DNA of 23,134 nucleotides from a virus (Duplodnaviria; Heunggongvirae; Uroviricota; Caudoviricetes): IMG/VR virus record IMGVR_UViG_2651869694_000013; one strand, 5' to 3'. Shown piece by piece: positions 17,306 to 23,134 of this stretch (position 1 is its first letter; each line of letters starts with the position of its first letter). The notes under the pieces were generated by a model. It saw only the letters and a program-made list of their open reading frames with translations, ran no database searches and was not told where the DNA came from. The position numbers and the translations under genes were made by a program.

Positions 17306-18064
17306 ATGAGTTGTAAGCCAATGTTATCATCTTGTATTGGGGTGGTTATGAAGGATGGTGCGCTGCTCAGGAGTTCTTCACTTTTTATTGCCTACATGGG
17401 ATGCCTTGGATGGGGGAGTGCTTATTTCTATGGATGGGGTACTTCTTTTTACTACGGCTTCCCATGGTGGATTGTAGGTGCAGGTGTTGATGATGTTGCC
17501 AGAAGTTTATTTTTTGCAGTTATCGTCATTGCTATATTTCTTATCGGTTGGGGTATTGGTGTTGTATTCTTTTTCGCAGTGAAAAGAAAACATTCTATGC
17601 AAGAGCTAAATGTATTTCGCCTTTATTTTGCTGTGGAATTATTGTTTGTGCCGGCAATTATTGAGTTTTCTATATTGAGACAGAAGATTCAGGTACCTCT
17701 TTTGCTACTGTCAGCAGCGATTGCGCTGGCGGTTACAATTTCGATAAGATCTTATGGGCGATTTTTATCGGTATCATGCTTCTATGATAAGCCATTTATA
17801 AAAAAACATTTTTTTGAGATTGTGATGATTGCTTTTGTGGCATATTTCTGGCTTTTTTCATTTCTGACAGGATATTACAAACCACAGTTTAAGAAAGAAT
17901 ATGAAATGATTAATTATAATGATGGTTGGTATTATGTTCTTGCTCGTTATGATAATTGTCTGGTTTTGTCTACTTCTTTCAATGCAGGTAGTAAAAGGTT
18001 TGTCATTTATCAATCAGCACAAGATAAGAATCTTCAGGTTGATATTGTAAGGACCAGAATTTAA
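17306..18064 (+). CDS. Predicted polytopic inner-membrane protein (~5 TM helices plus soluble C-terminal tail); late-region moron
   Basis: 252-aa AT-rich ORF between pR' and the esterase gene. Start uncertain: the ATG at 17347 has a GGGGTGG Shine-Dalgarno-like tract, and a TTGACG-17-TTATGA promoter-like motif sits at 17281-17309. No family recognised. Confidence 0.6.
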   Translation: MSCKPMLSSCIGVVMKDGALLRSSSLFIAYMGCLGWGSAYFYGWGTSFYYGFPWWIVGAGVDDVARSLFFAVIVIAIFLIGWGIGVVFFFAVKRKHSMQELNVFRLYFAVELLFVPAIIEFSILRQKIQVPLLLLSAAIALAVTISIRSYGRFLSVSCFYDKPFIKKHFFEIVMIAFVAYFWLFSFLTGYYKPQFKKEYEMINYNDGWYYVLARYDNCLVLSTSFNAGSKRFVIYQSAQDKNLQVDIVRTRI

Positions 18065-18443
18065 TTGGCTGCATAAATAATATTTTAAGTTGCAAGTTGG
18101 CTATTCGTAGGAATAGAACCTTAGGCATGCTGAATGCGTTTTCTGAACATTGTTTTATAAACTGTGTCTGCTTGCTGTTGTGATCCTGCTTTTAGTGATG
18201 GTGATGATGGATTTCACCAGCAGGATAATGTTGGTACTGACTGATGGCGCTCTGGTCTGCGGCATTGTGGTATTGCTGTGGCCGATGATGAAAAAACAGA
18301 ATGAATAATCCTTGACTTTTTTGTTTACTGTTTATTAAAAAATCAACCGCATGGTGAATCCTCCTTGGAGGGGCTAAATGATCGAGTTTTAAGGGCACGT
18401 AGCGAGTTCTGTTTGATCATTGCAGAACTTAGCGGGAGGCGCC

Positions 18444-18554
18444 ATGCGTACATCACTAATGTTATTTCCTTCTATCATTTTCCTTGTGAGTTCTGGCTGC
18501 GCATGGCGCGGCCTTTTTTTTATGACCTGCCACTGGCAGATGGCCATCCTGTAA
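18444..18554 (+). CDS. Possible small lipoprotein-like peptide (36 aa); doubtful
   Basis: GGGAGG Shine-Dalgarno 4 nt upstream of the ATG; product MRTSLMLFPSIIFLVSSGCAWRGLFFMTCHWQMAIL has a signal-like hydrophobic N-terminus and imperfect lipobox, but the coding region contains a terminator hairpin. Confidence 0.25.
   Translation: MRTSLMLFPSIIFLVSSGCAWRGLFFMTCHWQMAIL
18495..18521 (+). terminator. Rho-independent terminator upstream of the esterase gene
   Basis: GGCTGCGC-ATG-GCGCGGCC hairpin (one G-U pair) followed by eight T. Confidence 0.55.
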
Positions 18555-18607
18555 TTTGATTCCGGTTCCGGCTTTTTAACTCTGTTCCTGTACACGGGAG
18601 AAATTCG

Positions 18608-20458
18608 ATGTCGATTAAACATTATGATGTTGTCAGGGCGGCGTCGCCGTCAGACCTTGCGGAAAAGCTGACACATAAACTGAAAGAGGGCTGGCAGCCG
18701 TTTGGTAGTCCGGTGGCCATAACCCCTTATACCCTGATGCAGGCGATTGCAGCAGAAGGTGATGTGGTCGTCAGTGGTGCAACTGAGCCGGAGTGGTACT
18801 ACGTCATCGTACTGGCCGGGCAGTCCAATGCCATGGCTTACGGTGAAGGGCTTCCGCTGCCGGATTCATACGATGCTCCGGATCCGCGCATTAAACAGCT
18901 GGCGCGCCGCAGTACAGTGACGCCGGGCGGGGCTGCCTGCAGATATAACGATATTATTCCGGCCGACCACTGCCTGCATGATGTGCAGGATATGAGTACG
19001 CTGAATCATCCGAAGGCAGACCTGAGCAAAGGGCAGTATGGCTGTGTCGGCCAGGGCTTACATATTGCCAAAAAACTGCTTCCGTATATCCCGAATAACG
19101 CGGGGATCCTGCTGGTACCATGCTGTCGTGGTGGTTCGGCATTCACCCAGGGCGCGGAGGGGACATTCAGTGCGGACGCGGGGGCCAGCCAGGATTCGGC
19201 GCGCTGGGGTGTGGGTAAACCGTTATATCAGGACCTGATTGCGCGCACTAAAGCTGCATTACAGAAGAACCCGAAAAATGTGTTGCTGGCGGTGTGCTGG
19301 ATGCAGGGAGAGTTTGACATGAGCGCCGCCACCTACGCACAGCAACCTGCGCTGTTTACAGCCATGCTGAAGCAGTTTCGTGCTGACCTCACTGTGTTTA
19401 ACGCGCAGTGTCATGGTGGCAGTGCTGTAAATGTGCCGTGGATTTGTGGTGACACGACGTATTACTGGAAAAACACCTACGGCACGCAGTACAACACCAT
19501 TTACGGGGCGTACAAAAACAGGGAGAGTGATGGCGTTTATTTTGTACCCTTCATGACAGACGGTAACGGCGTCAATACCGCCACTAACGCGCCGACAGAA
19601 GATCCGGATATTCCGGCATCAGGATATTACGGTGCGGCATCGAGAACGAATGGAAACCAGGTATCATCAAACCGCCCGACACATTTCAGTTCATGGGCGC
19701 GCAGGAGCATTATTCCGGATCGTCTGGCAACCGCTATTCTGAACGCAGCCGGGCGCACCTCAGCCTTCATCAGTGGTAAGGCACCGGAAATCAAACCCTC
19801 GCCCGGCGGCAACACGCCATCGGGTCCGTCTGCAGATACGTCCGTTCGCACAATCTCCCTGCTGCCGACAGCCGGAGAGGCTGCTGCGCAGGGCTGGACC
19901 ATTAAGGACGGCGGAATTCAGTTGTCGGGTGGTGTATTTAAGATCGCCAAGCAGAGCAATAAAACCTGGTCCCTGACGCATCCGGTGGATGACGCAATTA
20001 CCCTGCTGACACAGGGCGGCAGACTGACCTGTAAGTTCCGCCTGTCAGGCGCACTGACCAACAATCAGTTCGGGCTGGGGATTTATCTGTATACGGACGC
20101 TCCCGTTCCTGATGGTGTGGCGATGACGGGTACCGGTAATCCGTTCCTGATGTCGTACTTCACTCAGACCACTGACGGCAGAGTGAATCTGATGCATCAC
20201 AGGAAAGCCGGAAACACGAAGCTGGGGGAGTTCGGCGATTACGGTAACGACTGGCAGACGCTGGAGCTGGTGTTCACCGCCGGCAGTGCCACGGTTACTC
20301 CGAAACTGAATGGAGTGGCTGGCCCGGCATTCCAGGTCATAAAAGACAGTCTGACACTGGGGCTGAATGCGCTGACGCTGACGGATGTTACAAAAAATGC
20401 AGCGTATGGCGTTGAGATAGAAAGTCTGGTGCTGGAGATAAATGCACCGGCAGCATAA
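18608..20458 (+). CDS. nanS-p: Prophage-encoded sialate O-acetylesterase (NanS-p-like, SASA/DUF303 domain) with a long C-terminal extension
   Basis: 616-aa product with a GGGAG Shine-Dalgarno; the GQSNAMAYGEG motif after an N-terminal DUF-like region fits the SGNH-type esterase block of NanS/YjhS-like proteins that sit between Q and the lysis genes in enterobacterial lambdoid prophages. Confidence 0.8.
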   Translation: MSIKHYDVVRAASPSDLAEKLTHKLKEGWQPFGSPVAITPYTLMQAIAAEGDVVVSGATEPEWYYVIVLAGQSNAMAYGEGLPLPDSYDAPDPRIKQLARRSTVTPGGAACRYNDIIPADHCLHDVQDMSTLNHPKADLSKGQYGCVGQGLHIAKKLLPYIPNNAGILLVPCCRGGSAFTQGAEGTFSADAGASQDSARWGVGKPLYQDLIARTKAALQKNPKNVLLAVCWMQGEFDMSAATYAQQPALFTAMLKQFRADLTVFNAQCHGGSAVNVPWICGDTTYYWKNTYGTQYNTIYGAYKNRESDGVYFVPFMTDGNGVNTATNAPTEDPDIPASGYYGAASRTNGNQVSSNRPTHFSSWARRSIIPDRLATAILNAAGRTSAFISGKAPEIKPSPGGNTPSGPSADTSVRTISLLPTAGEAAAQGWTIKDGGIQLSGGVFKIAKQSNKTWSLTHPVDDAITLLTQGGRLTCKFRLSGALTNNQFGLGIYLYTDAPVPDGVAMTGTGNPFLMSYFTQTTDGRVNLMHHRKAGNTKLGEFGDYGNDWQTLELVFTAGSATVTPKLNGVAGPAFQVIKDSLTLGLNALTLTDVTKNAAYGVEIESLVLEINAPAA

Positions 20459-20466
20459 TAAAAAAA

Positions 20467-20502
20467 CAGCCAGTACTGACTTTCGTCGGAGAAGTACTGG
20501 CT
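20467..20502. other. Stem-loop after the esterase gene
   Basis: AGCCAGTAC ... GTACTGGCT inverted repeat with a 17-nt loop; A-run upstream on the plus strand, so it reads as a terminator only on the minus strand. Function uncertain. Confidence 0.3.
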
Positions 20503-20758
20503 AAGAAGGATAGTTGGGTTTCACATGATACTTATATCTGGCAGTACATTTTCTGACAGACAGTGACGGATGTTGTCAAGATATTGTGTCATTTATAACC
20601 TGAATCAGGGGTTGGTCGGAATGTTATCTGGCATTTTTAGCAGAGCCTGAATGCCATAATCACGGCTCCCGGAGTTGGCCGTCAGTGGGTGACACTGGCG
20701 GTCTTTTTGTTTTCCTTTACTTTCATTTTCTGTCGGCGGTGACGGAGACATACATCAG

Positions 20759-20965
20759 ATGGAAAAAATCACAACAGGTGTGTCATACACCACGTCAGCG
20801 GTGGGGACGGGATACTGGTTACTGCAGCTGCTGGACAAAGTCTCTCCGTCCCAGTGGGTGGCGATAGGTGTGCTGGGGAGTCTGCTGTTTGGCCTGCTGA
20901 CGTATCTGACTAACCTGTATTTCAAAATCAGAGAGGACCGTCGCAAGGCTGCCCGGGGAGAGTAA
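20759..20965 (+). CDS. S: Pinholin, phage-21 S21-type holin
   Basis: 68-aa product [68 protein letters not shown] closely resembles recalled S21. Confidence 0.85.
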   Translation: MEKITTGVSYTTSAVGTGYWLLQLLDKVSPSQWVAIGVLGSLLFGLLTYLTNLYFKIREDRRKAARGE

Positions 20966-20969
20966 AGCG

Positions 20970-21302
20970 ATGAAGAAAAAATACGAACTGGTTGTTAAAG
21001 GGATAAATAATTACCCGGATAAGATTACTGTTACTGTGGCACTGGAAATTGGTGGGTATCCGTCACTGTTGTTGCCAGATGTGGCGATTAGTCTTGACCG
21101 TACTGAAGGAGCCACGCTGGAGTTTTACGAAGCTGAGGCGAAAAAGCAGGCGAAGCAGTTTTTCATGGATGTTGCTGCCGGGTTATGTGAAGGGGATGGT
21201 CCGTTGCCGGAAAAGCGGCCCATCATTTTAGAGGCGCAGGATGTGTTGATAATCTACAGAGGAAAACTACCGGGAATAATTACTGGTTCTCTGAAGACTT
21301 AA
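20970..21302 (+). CDS. Hypothetical protein inserted between holin and endolysin (possibly DUF1327/YdfR-like, unverified)
   Basis: 110-aa ORF in the position of ydfR-like genes between essQ and rrrQ in the Qin prophage; the family assignment is from memory of gene order only. Confidence 0.5.
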   Translation: MKKKYELVVKGINNYPDKITVTVALEIGGYPSLLLPDVAISLDRTEGATLEFYEAEAKKQAKQFFMDVAAGLCEGDGPLPEKRPIILEAQDVLIIYRGKLPGIITGSLKT

Positions 21303-21344
21303 CATATCCAGGGATTTGAAATCGATAAACCCTGATAAATATCC

Positions 21345-21878
21345 ATGAACACCAAAATCAAATACGGCCTGTCGGCTGCCGTTCTGGCGCTGATTGCCGC
21401 AGGTGCGCCTGCGCCTGAAATCCTCGACCAGTTTCTGGATGAAAAGGAAGGTAACCACACCACGGCATACCGTGATGGTGCGGGTATCTGGACCATCTGC
21501 CGTGGAGCCACCCGGGTGGATGGTAAGCCTGTCCTCCCGGGCATGAAGTTGTCGAAGGAAAAATGCGACCAGGTTAACGCCATTGAACGTGATAAGGCGC
21601 TGGCATGGGTGGCGAAAAACATCAGAGTGCCACTGACCGAACCCCAGAAAGCGGGTATTGCGTCATTCTGTCCGTACAACATTGGTCCCGGTAAGTGTTT
21701 CCCGTCTACGTTTTACAGACGAATTAATGCAGGTGATCGAAAAGGTGCCTGCGAAGCGATTCGCTGGTGGATTAAGGACGGTGGCAGAGACTGCCGTATT
21801 CGTTCAAACAACTGTTACGGTCAGGTATCCCGTCGTGACCAGGAGAGCGCGCTGGCGTGCTGGGGAATTGACAGATAA
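21345..21878 (+). CDS. R: SAR endolysin (lysozyme, R21 type)
   Basis: 177-aa product with N-terminal signal-anchor-release segment (LSAAVLALIAAGAPAP) followed by a T4-lysozyme-like catalytic region (E...D...T triad context: EGNHTTAYRDGAGIWTICRG). Confidence 0.9.
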   Translation: MNTKIKYGLSAAVLALIAAGAPAPEILDQFLDEKEGNHTTAYRDGAGIWTICRGATRVDGKPVLPGMKLSKEKCDQVNAIERDKALAWVAKNIRVPLTEPQKAGIASFCPYNIGPGKCFPSTFYRRINAGDRKGACEAIRWWIKDGGRDCRIRSNNCYGQVSRRDQESALACWGIDR

Positions 21879-21970
21879 GCAGAATATTTTGCTGAAAAAT
21901 GCGGTTTGCTCACACGGGCGGATAACACGAAATCCTGCGAACTGGCAAAAACTAAGTGAATAAAAGTAAA

Positions 21971-22006
21971 ACCCCGTTTGTTGGCCGCAAGCGGGGTTTT
22001 GTGTTT
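21971..22006 (+). terminator. Terminator-like hairpin between endolysin and Rz
   Basis: CCCCGTTTG-ttggc-CGCAAGCGGGG stem-loop followed by TTTTGTGTTT. Confidence 0.45.
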
Positions 22007-22036
22007 CCTGACTCCGGAAAAGTCAAAGGAGAAAGT

Positions 22037-22174
22037 GTGTTTGATTTTAGCAAACTGATTCGGGAGATTCGAATGATGGCTGAAAAATTATCCACCTGGA
22101 AGTTCATCCTTATCTGGCTGGTGTTTGTGATTATGGCTTCCGGTTATTTCATTGGTCAGATACGCTGGTGGTGA
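22037..22174 (+). CDS. Small single-TM membrane peptide (45 aa from GTG, or 33 aa from the ATG at 22073) upstream of Rz
   Basis: AGGAG Shine-Dalgarno 5 nt before the GTG at 22037 and GGGAG 6 nt before the ATG at 22073; hydrophobic core WKFILIWLVFVIMASGYFIG; the stop abuts the Rz ATG. Confidence 0.35.
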   Translation: MFDFSKLIREIRMMAEKLSTWKFILIWLVFVIMASGYFIGQIRWW

Positions 22175-22175
22175 A

Positions 22176-22643
22176 ATGAACCGCGTACTGTGCGTGGTCA
22201 TCATTGCCCTGCTGGTGGCCTGTGGTGCGCTTAGTCTGGGGCTGAATCATTACCGTGATAACGCCATAACCTACAAAGAGCAGCGCGATAAAAAAGTCAG
22301 TGAGCTGGAGCTGGCAAATGCAACCATTACTGATATGCAGGTGCGCCAGCGCGATGTTGCTGCGCTCGATGCAAAATACTCGAGGGAATTAGCCGATGCG
22401 AGAGCTGAAAATGAAACTCTGCGTGCTGATGTTGCCGCTGGTCGTAAGCGCCTGCGGATCAACGCCACCTGCTCCGGTACCGTGCGTGAAGCCACCGGCA
22501 CCTCCGGAATGGATAATGCAACCGGCCCCCGACTGGCAGACACCGCTGAACGGGATTATTTCACCCTCAGAGAGCGGTTGATGACAATGCAGAAGCAACT
22601 GGAAGGGGCACAGGACTATATCCGCACTCAGTGCCTGAAATAA
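22176..22643 (+). CDS. Rz: Rz i-spanin (inner-membrane spanin subunit)
   Basis: Product MNRVLCVVIIALLVACGALSLGLNHYRDNAITYKEQRDK...DTAERDYFTLRERLMTMQKQLEGAQ matches recalled lambda Rz closely. The track starts at a TTG (22152); the ATG at 22176 is taken as the start. Confidence 0.9.
   Translation: MNRVLCVVIIALLVACGALSLGLNHYRDNAITYKEQRDKKVSELELANATITDMQVRQRDVAALDAKYSRELADARAENETLRADVAAGRKRLRINATCSGTVREATGTSGMDNATGPRLADTAERDYFTLRERLMTMQKQLEGAQDYIRTQCLK
22396..22581 (+). CDS. Rz1: Rz1 o-spanin (outer-membrane lipoprotein), embedded in Rz in the +1 frame
   Basis: 61-aa product with lipobox LPLVVSAC and proline-rich mature region (VKPPAPPEWIMQPAPDWQTPLNGIISPSE), matching recalled lambda Rz1. Confidence 0.8.
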   Translation: MRELKMKLCVLMLPLVVSACGSTPPAPVPCVKPPAPPEWIMQPAPDWQTPLNGIISPSESG

Positions 22644-22993
22644 GTTTTGTTGATGCGCCGTATCGTCGCTGTATTCCCTCATTAACAGAGACCGCAGCCC
22701 GACAGGGAGACTCCTCTGCGCGAGTGTGCGGGGATAATCAAAAACGATACACACCGGGGTTTACCGCGTTAACGGAGGGCGGCGTTGTCCCCTCATAGTC
22801 GCCTGTCCGGTGCGATGGTGGAAGAAGCCGGATGTTTATCACTATTAATTGATGACACAGAAATGGATTCATTGAATTTCAGCACGTTTTTGTATTCGTG
22901 TTATTGAACATCTGTTTATTTTACTTTTAACATATTGATAATAAAAAGAGCTGTAAATCTTTAGATGAGTCGATTTTGTCCGGGGAAGTTCAA

Positions 22994-23134
22994 ATGGATT
23001 TTATGCTGACGGTTTCTGGTGTGGTTATCCTGTCCATTGCTTATACTGCAGATAAATATGGCTGCCATTTGTTATCACGTATTGGCGCTTATTGTTCGTT
23101 GATGCTGATTTTCTCGTCGCTTTTTTTTGAGTAA
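22994..23134 (+). CDS. Possible small hydrophobic peptide (46 aa) in the AT-rich region after Rz; doubtful
   Basis: GGGGAAG Shine-Dalgarno-like tract before the ATG; product MDFMLTVSGVVILSIAYTADKYGCHLLSRIGAYCSLMLIFSSLFFE; stop at the last three bases of the window. Confidence 0.3.
   Translation: MDFMLTVSGVVILSIAYTADKYGCHLLSRIGAYCSLMLIFSSLFFE

Noticed and set aside
18192-18398. Tracked 68-aa minus-strand ORF ending in a five-histidine run
   Set aside because: It is the antisense reading of a GTGATGGTGATGATG repeat-like stretch in an intergenic region; no ribosome-binding site and an implausible composition.
18065-18607. tRNA genes between Q and the downstream cargo, as in Stx phages
   Set aside because: Looked for T-loop-like GGTTCGAATCC/GTTCRA motifs and a cloverleaf-compatible acceptor stem; none found by eye. 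Only a formal scan would be conclusive.
17070-20458. Shiga toxin (stxA/stxB) at the Q-to-lysis locus
   Set aside because: The ORFs present are a polytopic membrane protein and an SGNH-type esterase; nothing resembles an A-subunit N-glycosidase or a small B-pentamer subunit.
22389-22754. 121-aa minus-strand ORF
   Set aside because: It lies antisense to Rz/Rz1, which are well supported; a GC-rich frame artefact.

Overview
The window is the int-to-Rz portion of a lambdoid prophage with a lambda backbone, annotated here from sequence and from recalled protein families only (no searches or alignments were run). Reading left to right: int/xis, the early-left recombination operon on the minus strand (exo, bet, gam, kil, cIII, ea10, ral, orf28, N, with sieB convergent), a phage-434-type immunity region (cI, cro, 14-bp ACAA..TTGT operators), cII-O-P-ren with the ori iterons, a remodelled nin region, Q with pR', a NanS-p-type esterase, and a phage-21-type lysis cassette (pinholin, SAR endolysin, Rz/Rz1). 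The most interesting accessory gene is a 250-aa ORF in the exo-xis region with Tgt/DpdA-like motifs, a candidate DNA-guanine transglycosylase with no deazapurine biosynthesis genes nearby. Other cargo of unknown function: a secreted protein coupled to cI in the rexAB position, two AT-rich membrane proteins (one convergent near xis, one directly downstream of pR'), and a 355-aa protein plus Rha/KilAC antirepressor module that replaces the 3' end of ninE. No tRNA, rRNA, CRISPR array, transposase or Shiga toxin gene was seen.
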